From assembly GCA_016699265.1 (NCBI GenBank), contig CP064967.1, forward strand, positions 150,001 through 182,000: 32,000 bases of DNA, written 5' to 3'. A model generated the notes under the pieces. It was not told the origin of the DNA. It did not search any database and saw only the letters and a list, made by a program, of their open reading frames with translations. Position 1 is the first letter of the stretch, and every line of letters starts with the position of its first letter. Below are positions 1-7,982 of the stretch, piece by piece. Source of the stretch: Candidatus Saccharimonadota bacterium. Its GTDB lineage: Bacteria > Patescibacteriota > Microgenomatia > UBA1406 > GWC2-37-13. The position numbers and the translations under genes were made by a program.

Positions 1-2
1 AA

Positions 3-632
3 TTACCCGATTTGTATAGAACCGCAAGAACCGGAGAACAAACGAGAGAACAAGAGCAGCTTGCGTCAGCTGCGGAAAAATTGAATAAAATTTGGAAGGA
101 TCCGGTGGTAAGGAGGGGAGTAATGAGCTTAGTAACCAATCGGGCGCGAGCGGGCCAGTGGGTGAATGCATGGACACAACAGGGGAATGAAGGAGTCCGT
201 ACGCAGATGTTGGGAATTCCGAATCCAGATCTAGCGGCGGCCGGCCTTACTCCTGAGGAAATAACTATTTTCCATGCAACTCTTGCTGATCCGAATAGAA
301 GTCAAGCGTTTCTGAATGAAACAGCGGACGTGGTGGCTTCTCAAGCTCTCGCAGATTTTGTATCATCGGGAGGGAGATTGGGTCGTGTTGAGATGACAGC
401 TATCACAAGTTCTGCAAAGGGGAGAGATCTTATCTCGCGAGCAATGGCCGATGTTGATGCTCAAAGAGCCGCAAAGAATGCAATGGCAGGTCGTGGTGTA
501 TTAAAAGGAGTAGACAATATTATTGGAGGGCGCGCATCAGGAGAAAAGCGACATTTCGGACCTGCTCGTATAAGTCTTGCAATTCTATTACTCATATTCG
601 GAGCTGCGGCGTTCAAAGGCTCTAAGGGCTAA
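3..632 (+). CDS. Hypothetical tail-anchored protein, probably 5'-truncated by the window edge
   Basis: The ORF-track frame (12..632) stays open back to nt 3 with no upstream stop. A C-terminal hydrophobic helix ISLAILLLIFGAAAF is followed by KGSKG and the stop. No recognisable catalytic motif. Confidence 0.5.
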   Translation, partial: LPDLYRTARTGEQTREQEQLASAAEKLNKIWKDPVVRRGVMSLVTNRARAGQWVNAWTQQGNEGVRTQMLGIPNPDLAAAGLTPEEITIFHATLADPNRSQAFLNETADVVASQALADFVSSGGRLGRVEMTAITSSAKGRDLISRAMADVDAQRAAKNAMAGRGVLKGVDNIIGGRASGEKRHFGPARISLAILLLIFGAAAFKGSKG

Positions 633-636
633 TGCT

Positions 637-1014
637 ATGCCAGATGGATCGGTTGCTACTGAACTCCCACCTATGGGACCACCCGAACTATCGATTCCTC
701 GAGATGTTTTTGCCCCTGAAGTACTCGATGAGCCTATAAGTCATACGCCACTTGATCCGAATATAACTGGTCCAGAACCTTCAGCTGAGGAAATTCGTGC
801 AATGATTGAGGCAATGGGACAACATGCGCCTGCTATCGAAGAACCCGTTCGTCAAATTCGCCAAAGACCGGAAAAAAGTAAAGGTAAGATAGGGCAGTTT
901 TTGGAGCAGCACCATCTTCTCGGAAATGTTCTTAAGATGGGTTTGGCACCGTTAGCAATTTTGTTTGGAGTTTTGTTTGGTGCTTTAAAATCTTCAAAAG
1001 GAGGACAGCACTAA
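637..1014 (+). CDS. Hypothetical tail-anchored protein (Pro/Glu-rich N-terminus, C-terminal TM)
   Basis: The ATG at 637 lies 5 nt after the previous stop. The C-terminal helix LAPLAILFGVLFGAL is followed by KSSKGGQH, the same tail style as the upstream gene. The longer 577 start overlaps the upstream CDS and was not used. Confidence 0.5.
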   Translation: MPDGSVATELPPMGPPELSIPRDVFAPEVLDEPISHTPLDPNITGPEPSAEEIRAMIEAMGQHAPAIEEPVRQIRQRPEKSKGKIGQFLEQHHLLGNVLKMGLAPLAILFGVLFGALKSSKGGQH

Positions 1015-1015
1015 G

Positions 1016-1243
1016 TTATTCTTCGACGGTTACACCAAGGAGTCTGTTTACCACTTCTTTTTTGTATCGTCTGTCTCCTCGTGAATTAATGCGAATTGCA
1101 GGAAGCTTTCCCTTCTTTCCCCAGCGTTTAATAGTGAGAGGGGAGACACGTAAAATATCAGCAACTTCGCGGATGGTAAGAAGGTCGGGAAGATCGCTCA
1201 AAGATACTCGATTTGATTTGAGTGGGTTTGACATAGAACGCAT
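1016..1243 (-). CDS. Excisionase-family (MerR-superfamily) helix-turn-helix DNA-binding protein
   Basis: LLTIREVADILRVSPLTIKRWGKKGKLPAIRI...RRY matches the short HTH_17/excisionase-type pattern. 75 aa; an alternative ATG lies at 1234. Confidence 0.7.
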   Translation of the reverse strand: MRSMSNPLKSNRVSLSDLPDLLTIREVADILRVSPLTIKRWGKKGKLPAIRINSRGDRRYKKEVVNRLLGVTVEE

Positions 1244-1384
1244 TATATGGGCGACTTATTTAATTGTCAATCGATAATTTACATTGAAGGCTTCGCAATC
1301 TTCTAAACGAATTAATAACTATTCAATAATTTTTTATTTATAGATTTTTGATTTATTTTGATTCTAAAAAATACGTTTTCTCGC

Positions 1385-1413
1385 TTGACTCGTACCTAAC
1401 AAACATATATATT
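1385..1413 (+). promoter_or_regulatory. Sigma70-like promoter for the dockerin-protein operon
   Basis: TTGACT (1385-1390), a 17-nt spacer, then TATATT (1408-1413), 24 nt upstream of the ATG at 1438. Such hexamers can arise by chance in an AT-rich context. Confidence 0.4.
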
Positions 1414-1437
1414 TTTCAGTATTACAACAATTGATTT

Positions 1438-3279
1438 ATGAGGCCATTTTCTAAAGGATTTGCATTTGTTCCACTCCTTATCGTCTTCTTCCTTCTTGTT
1501 GTATCTGCGGTGACAAGCTATGTGGTAATCAATCAAGGAACGGGTGGTTATTCGAGTCGCGCCGCTGGAAGCTGTCAGTACAATCTTTGTTCTGCGATGG
1601 TGAATTCTAATGGGCAATGTAGGCAAGACGCGCTTAATGCTGGACATTGTATCACTGTCTTGAAAAGTCCTGGAATTTATGGATGTTCACCAAAAAATGA
1701 ATTCATGCAGAGTAATAACGGCATTGCATATTTTTCATGTCCTGCTAGTGCAACCTGTACCAATAACGCTCAATGTTCATCTGGACTGTCTTGTTCGAAC
1801 GGAACATGTCAAACGCCAAAATGCAGTAATGTGGGAAGTGGGGCAAATTGTGGCAATAATGTGTATGGATGTAATTCTTTCGTTTCTTGTTCTTCCGGTT
1901 TAGATTGTTATAAAGGGTCAAACACGGCGGCGACATGTATGAGTCCAGCAGCAGTTTGTAATAAATTTTCCAATACCAGTTCTCAGTATAAAACTTGCTG
2001 TCAGAGAACAGAAGGACAATCTTGTGGATCAGGAGTTAATGAATGTACCGAGGCAACTGCTGGCGCAGGCGTATGTGGATCAGGATTGACTTGCACTGGA
2101 GGGAAATGTGTTGCGGTGAATGCGCCTCTGGTCAATGCTTCAACTTGTTTAGTGGGGTCTGGTTATCAATGTAACCAGCGGGCACTTGCTACCCTTCACT
2201 GTCCTGACGGAATTATCGATTGTAAGTCGCCAAATGTATGTCTAGACAGCAGTAATAACTCCGTTTCGGGCACAACAAGAACGGGTACCTGTAAAGCAAG
2301 AGCTACTGATCCAAAGCCTACATCAACGCCAACTCCAGCAGATCCAAAGCCAACCGTAACGCCTGTAACAGGTGGTGGAGGCGGTGGTGGCGGTGGAGGA
2401 GGCGGTGGAGGTGGAGCCGTAACTCCTACAGATCCAAAGCCAACAACAGGATCTCAATCGTGTGCTGGTGGAGTTCTTTGTAATGGAACGTTGGTAACCG
2501 GCACAGCAGGACAAGTAGTATGCGGTCAAAAAGATGCTAGTGGAACCTGTCGAACAAGTCAGTGTAATGGATCAACGGGTCAGTGGAACTATGTAGGAAA
2601 TGCCTGCTCCGTAACCCTAACTCCGACAGTTACCCCTGCAGTAACTACAACAACGACACCAACAACGACACCAACAACGACACCAACAACAACACCAACA
2701 ACAACGCCGGGTGCAGAAGAAACGGAAAACATCACTCTGGCGCTCACAGTAAGATTACAAGGAGTTACGGCTAAACCAAAAGGAGGTCAGACTGTTCCAT
2801 TTAAGGTCAAGTTGAGGGGTCCGACAAGTAAAGAATATTCAGCAGGCACTCTTACGGCCAATGCATCAGGGCTTTGGACTGGATCTGTTGCCTTTACCTC
2901 CGTTGCGGTCGGTAGTGATACTAAATACACAGTCTTTGTAAAGGTTGGAAAGCACCTTCAAAAGAGAGTCTGTGGTTTTGCTCCATCTGAAGCTTCAGGT
3001 GGTCTGTACAACTGTTCAGATAGTGCAATTCCATTATCTGCAGGGGTAAACAATCTTGACTTCTCAGGAATAATGCTCTTGGCAGGAGATCTTCCTTCAT
3101 CTTCCGGAGTACAAAATGGAGTTGTGGATTCCTACGATATCTCATACATATTAAACAATCTTGGATCTACCGATGCCACAAAGATGGCGATTGGAGATCT
3201 TAACTTCGACGGCGTAATAGATACCCAAGATAGATCGCTCATCATACAGTCGTTAAATGTTAAGTATGATGACGAGTAA
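1438..3279 (+). CDS. Secreted Cys-rich modular surface protein with Gly15 and Pro/Thr linkers, a beta-sandwich-like domain and a C-terminal dockerin-like module
   Basis: The N-terminal hydrophobic segment KGFAFVPLLIVFFLLVV resembles a signal or pilin-like leader. Repeated C-x-SGL-x-C-x-G-x-C modules are present. The C-terminus carries two Ca-loop-like repeats, NGVVDSYDISYILNNL and GDLNFDGVIDTQDRSLIIQSL, typical of dockerin type I. Confidence 0.7.
   Translation: MRPFSKGFAFVPLLIVFFLLVVSAVTSYVVINQGTGGYSSRAAGSCQYNLCSAMVNSNGQCRQDALNAGHCITVLKSPGIYGCSPKNEFMQSNNGIAYFSCPASATCTNNAQCSSGLSCSNGTCQTPKCSNVGSGANCGNNVYGCNSFVSCSSGLDCYKGSNTAATCMSPAAVCNKFSNTSSQYKTCCQRTEGQSCGSGVNECTEATAGAGVCGSGLTCTGGKCVAVNAPLVNASTCLVGSGYQCNQRALATLHCPDGIIDCKSPNVCLDSSNNSVSGTTRTGTCKARATDPKPTSTPTPADPKPTVTPVTGGGGGGGGGGGGGGGAVTPTDPKPTTGSQSCAGGVLCNGTLVTGTAGQVVCGQKDASGTCRTSQCNGSTGQWNYVGNACSVTLTPTVTPAVTTTTTPTTTPTTTPTTTPTTTPGAEETENITLALTVRLQGVTAKPKGGQTVPFKVKLRGPTSKEYSAGTLTANASGLWTGSVAFTSVAVGSDTKYTVFVKVGKHLQKRVCGFAPSEASGGLYNCSDSAIPLSAGVNNLDFSGIMLLAGDLPSSSGVQNGVVDSYDISYILNNLGSTDATKMAIGDLNFDGVIDTQDRSLIIQSLNVKYDDE
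2371..2415 (+). repeat. Fifteen consecutive Gly codons (mixed GGT/GGA/GGC) inside the CDS
   Basis: Read directly: ggtggtggaggcggtggtggcggtggaggaggcggtggaggtgga. It is flanked by three copies of the DPKPT-coding motif gatccaaagcc (about 2309, 2341, 2431). Confidence 0.9.
2644..2709 (+). repeat. Tandem 12-nt (TTTP)n linker repeat inside the CDS
   Basis: The unit acaacgacacca or acaacaacacca is repeated about 5 times and encodes TTTTTPTTTPTTTPTTTPTTTP. Confidence 0.9.
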
Positions 3280-3390
3280 GTTATTTAATTATTTCTTATT
3301 TATTATTTTTTATTGAATTTTTAAATATAAAAATTGACACATTGAACAATAAATAACAAATAACAAATTAAAAATTTCAAAATAAATAAT

Positions 3391-3987
3391 ATGGATCCCG
3401 TGCAAGAACAACCACCAGTAAAGAAAAATTTTCATAGGAGTCTTTTAGTTGTCCTCGTATTAATCGCGGCAGTAGAGTTCCTTCTACTTATGAACAAGAA
3501 CGGTCAGTTTCCACCGGCCGCATCTACCAAGCAGGAAGCCGAAGTTGAGTCGCCTCTGCAAGAAGGTGTTATGGAGGGCGTATTCAGTCTGAAGGCAGAT
3601 AAGGTCGCAACAGTAGGTGCTCCTCTTACATTCACTGTAGCTGCAGACTCCAATAAAAGAAAAGTCGTAGGCTTCGATACTATAGTTGAGTACGATGAGA
3701 CCGCCTTTACTTTAGGTTCAGTAAGGTCATCTTTGAAGGGTTTTACCGCAACCTCAAGTACGCGTAAAAAATACCTCGAAGTTACTTCGATTAAGGAGCC
3801 ACAGGAAGCCGTAACACCCGTGTTGAAAAATACTGAAGTTCTAAGCTTTACTCTTACACCTCGTAAGGTGGGTAATTACAAAGTTAATCTCGTTGATAGA
3901 GTTGGGGAATCGAGTACGAAGTATATCGATAGCGAGACGCAGGTGTATCTCCCGAAGGTGAATGGAGTGACTGTTACTGTAAAGTAA
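3391..3987 (+). CDS. N-terminally membrane-anchored cohesin-like domain protein
   Basis: TM segment SLLVVLVLIAAVEFLLLM, then VGAPLTFTVAADSNKRKVVGFDTIVEYDETAFTLGSV...VLSFTLTPRKVGNYKV. This fits the cohesin pattern (exposed G, x-v-x-V, i-x-yD...l). Confidence 0.6.
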   Translation: MDPVQEQPPVKKNFHRSLLVVLVLIAAVEFLLLMNKNGQFPPAASTKQEAEVESPLQEGVMEGVFSLKADKVATVGAPLTFTVAADSNKRKVVGFDTIVEYDETAFTLGSVRSSLKGFTATSSTRKKYLEVTSIKEPQEAVTPVLKNTEVLSFTLTPRKVGNYKVNLVDRVGESSTKYIDSETQVYLPKVNGVTVTVK

Positions 3988-4011
3988 ACTTAATTCGAAG
4001 TTTGAAATTCG

Positions 4012-4031
4012 ACCTGCCTACCGGCAGGCAG
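4012..4031. repeat. Palindromic repeat CCTGCCT(A)CCGGCAGGCAGG, copy 1 of 3
   Basis: cctgcctaccggcaggcagg lies 25 nt after the stop of 3391..3987. Near-identical palindromes occur at 26886-26903 and 28411-28428. It may also act as a hairpin terminator, but there is no T-tract. Confidence 0.7.
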
Positions 4032-4100
4032 GAATGTTTCAAAATTGGAACATTTGACCTTGACTTCAAATTAAAAACTTTAAATTTTTAATTAATATTA

Positions 4101-4796
4101 ATGAAAAAGGATATAACTAGACTATTTATCGCACTCTTCCTTTTCCTATGGGTAGCAACCGTACACGGTAGTGTTTATGCGGCTTTTCTAAAGTTTGATC
4201 AGGCAAGTTATGATCTTGAGGTTGGGGACACATTTGATGCACAGATAATAGTAAATCCAGGCACTGCAGAGGTAACTTCGATCGATTCCTATGTGAAGTA
4301 CGGAAGCAGCGTTATCAATGCTACGGGCGTCACAGAGGGATCTTATTTCCCAACAGTACTGAACGACTTAACTAGCGGAAAGGTCTATATTGCTGGACTT
4401 GTTGATAGTCCATCCGACTTCAAGTCTGGCACCGGTACCGTGGCTACAATAACCTTCGAAGCACTCAAGGTAGGAACCACAGAACTTGTATTTGACTGTG
4501 ATGGGCAGGCAACGGTGACCTCAAAGGTAATCAAGAACGATATTAACTCCACAAATATTATTCAGTGTAGCCAAAATGGTACCGCAACGGTAACGATAGG
4601 CGTTGCAGCAGCATCAGGATCAACATTGACCCCAACACCAACCGGCGCTTCAACAGAAAATACATCCACACCAACTACCAGACCAGTAACTCAGCTACCG
4701 GCAAGCGGTTCAGCTGAGAATATGATGCTATTGGGAGCTATAGGTGCAGTACTGGTTGTGATTGGTGGAGTAGCGAAGTTAATAAGACCATTTTGA
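4101..4796 (+). CDS. Cohesin-domain surface protein with a C-terminal LPxTG-like (LPASG) sorting signal
   Basis: Signal peptide LFIALFLFLWVATVHGSVYA. Cohesin-like core: VGDTFDAQIIVNPGTAEVTSIDSYVKYGSSVI...GTGTVATITFEALKVGTTELVF. The C-terminus has QLPASGSAE, the hydrophobic stretch LLGAIGAVLVVIGGVA, then KLIRPF. Confidence 0.7.
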   Translation: MKKDITRLFIALFLFLWVATVHGSVYAAFLKFDQASYDLEVGDTFDAQIIVNPGTAEVTSIDSYVKYGSSVINATGVTEGSYFPTVLNDLTSGKVYIAGLVDSPSDFKSGTGTVATITFEALKVGTTELVFDCDGQATVTSKVIKNDINSTNIIQCSQNGTATVTIGVAAASGSTLTPTPTGASTENTSTPTTRPVTQLPASGSAENMMLLGAIGAVLVVIGGVAKLIRPF

Positions 4797-4860
4797 TCGT
4801 TGGTAAATCGGCATTGATTTGTATTATTTAGTTTTGTAGGATGTATCGAAACAAAAAATC

Positions 4861-5454
4861 ATGAAAAAAAGTAAAGTTGCAGCTTTGGCCATAGGTACGA
4901 TACTAGGAGTCGGATTGATTGCTGGAGGTTTTCTGTTTATGCAAACATTCTCAAGAGCCTCAAGTGATAAACCTGTAGAGGTGGCGATTACCGATCTGAC
5001 TGCAAGTAGCGCCAAAGTATCTTGGAAAACTGGAAATGACACTGTGGGTACAATAATTTCATATGGAACATCTGTAGACCTCGCAACACCTTTGGTTCAG
5101 CCATCAGAGCCAACGCTCAGTAAAGAACATTCAGCTGTAATAACCGGCCTTTCCGCAAACACTACCTATTACTTTGTTTTGGGATCTGAGAAAGAATTTA
5201 ATAATGCGGGTGTTCCTTGGAGTTTTACTACGAAATCTGAGAACGATACAACTTCAGAGCTCTTTGCGTCTCCAACGCCAACCGTAGCCATATCTGGAAC
5301 GGTTGAGCCGACAGAAGTACCAATCAATAATCGAATAAACACCTGCAAGGAGACAAACTGCGAAGCAATTAAGGCTAAGCTTGGTACAGAATGTAGCACT
5401 CAAGAATATATGAAGTGTATTAAGGCTGCTCAAAATCCATCCCCAACGAACTAA
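4861..5454 (+). CDS. Membrane-anchored fibronectin type III domain protein with a Cys-containing C-terminal tail
   Basis: N-terminal TM AALAIGTILGVGLIAGGFLF. The FN3-like stretch is VEVAITDLTASSAKVSWKTGNDT...ITGLSANTTYYFVL. Four Cys lie in the last 40 aa. Confidence 0.6.
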   Translation: MKKSKVAALAIGTILGVGLIAGGFLFMQTFSRASSDKPVEVAITDLTASSAKVSWKTGNDTVGTIISYGTSVDLATPLVQPSEPTLSKEHSAVITGLSANTTYYFVLGSEKEFNNAGVPWSFTTKSENDTTSELFASPTPTVAISGTVEPTEVPINNRINTCKETNCEAIKAKLGTECSTQEYMKCIKAAQNPSPTN

Positions 5455-5457
5455 GAA

Positions 5458-6057
5458 CTATCTTACGAGAAGATTCGTTACGAAGCTGATTGCCGGAGAG
5501 ATAATCGAGGAAATCATCGATCCCTTTCCAATAGGAAGGATTAATAAGATTAGGAAAAGTAGACCATATCTCTCAAGCTGATACCACTCGCGCGCTTTAT
5601 CCTCAGGCAGAAGTCCTCCAACTATCTTAAAGCCGTCTAATGGGTGAATTGGAAGCAGATTGAATACTGCGAGCATTACATTGAGCTGGATAAAGATAAT
5701 CAGGAAAGACATGGATGTAGCCCTAAGAACTATTGATAGAATGACTGCAATGAGTAAATTAGAGATAGGACCAGCCACTGAGATTAACGCCGCATCTCTT
5801 CGAGGGCTTTTCAGATTAAACGGATCAAACTGCACGGGTCGTCCCCATCCGAATCCGAACATAAATAAGAATAAAATTCCCATCAGATCGATGTGTGCTT
5901 TTGGGTTGAGCGTAACTCGTCCCTGAAGTCGGGGAGTAGGATCCCCAAGTTTATCCGCCACAAATGCGTGGCTAAATTCATGAACGGCAATAGCCATAAG
6001 GAGAGCGACTAGATAAATAACAAAAAGAAGGGGAGACTGGGACAATATGCTGATCAT
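5458..6057 (-). CDS. Site-2 protease family (peptidase M50) zinc metalloprotease
   Basis: HExxH motif in the TM helix (AVHEFSHAF) and the second motif FNLLPIHPLDG. The protein is polytopic. Confidence 0.8.
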   Translation of the reverse strand: MISILSQSPLLFVIYLVALLMAIAVHEFSHAFVADKLGDPTPRLQGRVTLNPKAHIDLMGILFLFMFGFGWGRPVQFDPFNLKSPRRDAALISVAGPISNLLIAVILSIVLRATSMSFLIIFIQLNVMLAVFNLLPIHPLDGFKIVGGLLPEDKAREWYQLERYGLLFLILLILPIGKGSMISSIISPAISFVTNLLVR

Positions 6058-6182
6058 ATTTCGAATTTTGAAATTTGAATTTTGAATTCAGTTTGAAATA
6101 TTTTAAGCATTTAAAATTAAAAATTAATTAAAAACTAAAAACTTCAAATTAAAAATTACTATCAATATTATATACTATCTCC

Positions 6183-6785
6183 ATGATTAAGACTGGTGTA
6201 GCAGTGATTTCGGCACTCGGGTTTCTTGCTTTCATGGCAACGATGGTTGCTCTTGCATTATACGCCTTAAAAAAACTCGTTCGGGTTAGGTTGTATGACA
6301 AACTACAAAATCAACTGCAACCTTACGCATACCAACTCGCATTTTTTCTCGCTCTGATGGCTAGCCTAGCAAGTTTATTTCTTTCGGAGGTTCTCCATTT
6401 TCAGCCGTGCATCTTGTGTTGGTATCAGAGGATCGCTATGTACCCACAGGTGGTACTTCTGTATGTTGCACAGCTGCGAAAAGAGCGTGTTTTAACACCG
6501 TATTTGCTCGTTATTAATGTTATTGGTAGTCTCATCTCCCTTTATCACTATTCGCTTCATGTACTACCACATACGATGGTGCCTATTTTACCCTGTTCGA
6601 CGCAGCTTGGCGGAGTTCCATGCGATAAAGGGTATGATTTTTACTTTGGCTTCATGACCTTCCCTCTTATGGCATGGTCAGTATTTATGCTAATTACTTT
6701 CTTACTCATAATCTCACAAGTTAAAGTTAGTCCCGACAGAAAGTCGGGATTCCGATCTCGAAAGCATCGGAAAAACTCGAGATAA
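6183..6785 (+). CDS. DsbB/BdbC-family disulfide bond formation protein
   Basis: CILCWYQRIAMYP (CxxC followed by QR..MYP) and a second Cys pair, CSTQLGGVPC, in a later loop. Four TM helices. The basic C-terminal tail is encoded by a palindromic repeat (cccgacagaaagtcggg, 6733-6749). Confidence 0.75.
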   Translation: MIKTGVAVISALGFLAFMATMVALALYALKKLVRVRLYDKLQNQLQPYAYQLAFFLALMASLASLFLSEVLHFQPCILCWYQRIAMYPQVVLLYVAQLRKERVLTPYLLVINVIGSLISLYHYSLHVLPHTMVPILPCSTQLGGVPCDKGYDFYFGFMTFPLMAWSVFMLITFLLIISQVKVSPDRKSGFRSRKHRKNSR

Positions 6786-6787
6786 CT

Positions 6788-7336
6788 ATGTTAAAAATCG
6801 TAACTGTACCAAATAAAATCCTCACATCTTCAACACAGAAAGTGAAGAATATTACACCTAAAATTAGGCGTCTGGTAGAGCAGATGAAGGAAACTTTGAT
6901 CAGCCAGCGTGATCCAGAAGGAGTAGGCCTTGCCGCAACTCAGGTAGGGGAGAGTTTGAGCATTTTCATAATGCGACCAGAATTAAAGGGCGAGATTATT
7001 GTTTGTATAAATCCTGAGGCAACGGTAGTTGAGTCAAAGGATGTTATTCATGAAAGCAAAACACTTCTTGCTAAAAAAAATAAACATGCGAAGATGGAGG
7101 GATGCCTCTCGATACCCAGAATCTGGGCTCCACTGAAAAGAAAGGGTAGAGTACATCTTAACTATGAAGATCTTGATGGAAACAAACACTCAAAAGAGCA
7201 TGAGGGCTTTGAGGCGATTATTGTTCAGCACGAGGTCGACCATCTAAACGGAATTTTATTCACGCAACGATGTCTGGAGCAGAAAGTTACGCTTTATGAG
7301 GAAGAAGGGGATGAGTTGGTGGCCCTAAAGACCTAG
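6788..7336 (+). CDS. def: Peptide deformylase
   Basis: All three signature motifs are present: GVGLAATQVG, EGCLS and QHEVDHLNG. Confidence 0.9.
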   Translation: MLKIVTVPNKILTSSTQKVKNITPKIRRLVEQMKETLISQRDPEGVGLAATQVGESLSIFIMRPELKGEIIVCINPEATVVESKDVIHESKTLLAKKNKHAKMEGCLSIPRIWAPLKRKGRVHLNYEDLDGNKHSKEHEGFEAIIVQHEVDHLNGILFTQRCLEQKVTLYEEEGDELVALKT

Positions 7337-7445
7337 ATTATTTTTTATCTATTATTTCTTATTTTTTATTGAGTTTCTAATTTGAAATTGATTAATTTAG
7401 CGATCAATTAGAAATAGTAAATAAGAAATTAGCAAATAGGGAGAA

Positions 7446-7733
7446 TTAGGCGGTAGCAACTGGAGTAGAGGTTGCCTTCATCTGAGTCTGAGCAAGAACG
7501 TAGAACGGCTTCACTCCATCGGTCATGTCCTTTCGAATTCGCTTAATGCACTTTGTGCAAAGACGCACTGTTTCGGACTTACCTTTGATCATAATGGCAA
7601 TTTTCTGAAGGTTTGGTTTAAAGATTTTTTGTGTTTTTGGAGCTCTTTTCTTCCATCGTCCTCCCGCAACACCACGATGGTGGGTATGTGAGCGTCCGAA
7701 TATAGTCGATTTTCCACAGTGAAAGCATTCCAT
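7446..7733 (-). CDS. rpmB: 50S ribosomal protein L28 (Cys-containing variant with a C-terminal extension)
   Basis: MECFHCGKSTIFGRSHTHH...FKPNLQKIAIMIKGKSETVRLCTKCIK follows the L28 pattern C..(T)GK...G...SH....F.PNLQK. I chose the internal ATG at 7733 over the longer ORF-track start. Confidence 0.75.
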   Translation of the reverse strand: MECFHCGKSTIFGRSHTHHRGVAGGRWKKRAPKTQKIFKPNLQKIAIMIKGKSETVRLCTKCIKRIRKDMTDGVKPFYVLAQTQMKATSTPVATA

Positions 7734-7838
7734 AGAGTCGTGTAACTTGTAGCTTAGAACATGAAGCTCAAGATAGACATATATGATATCATAAAGATGC
7801 GGTTTTGGCAATTTTCAATTGAGGATTCTAGTTGTATT

Positions 7839-7958
7839 GTCATCCCGAATCCCGACAGTTTTGGGATGAGGGATCCAGCGAAGCGAAGTTAGACTTGGCA
7901 AAGCCAAGTTAGACTTGGCGAAGCGCTGCGCTAGATTCTTCGTTTCACTCAGAATGAC
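7839..7958. repeat. MITE-like palindromic repeat, family A, intergenic copy (GTCATCCCGA ... CTCAGAATGAC)
   Basis: The imperfect terminal inverted ends are gtcatcccga / tcagaatgac. There is an internal tandem duplication of aagttagacttggc(a/g)aagc. The right ~45 nt are nearly identical to 9245-9293. Confidence 0.8.
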
Positions 7959-7982
7959 CAGATTAAATAAGATCTCTAAACT

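Noticed and set aside
1016-1243. Whether the excisionase-family HTH marks a prophage or integrative element at the left end of the window.
   Set aside because: No integrase, att-like repeats or phage genes are in view, and small HTH_17 proteins are common stand-alone regulators. I left it as an open note only.
1438-1530. Whether the N-terminus KGFAFVPLLIVFFLLVV of the dockerin protein is a type IV pilin (class III) signal.
   Set aside because: The G-F junction resembles a prepilin site, but the conserved Glu at +5 is replaced by Pro and the mature protein is a 600-aa modular exoprotein. An ordinary signal or anchor is more likely.
1438-4796. Whether the cohesin-dockerin genes form a cellulosome.
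   Set aside because: No glycoside hydrolase, CBM or scaffoldin with multiple cohesins is visible, and each protein has a single cohesin. I treat it as a non-cellulosomal docking pair.
7734-7811. The 26-codon N-terminal extension of the L28 ORF.
   Set aside because: L28 homologs begin immediately before the C-x-x-(T)GK motif, and the extension is hydrophobic junk (HLYDIIYVYLELHVL).
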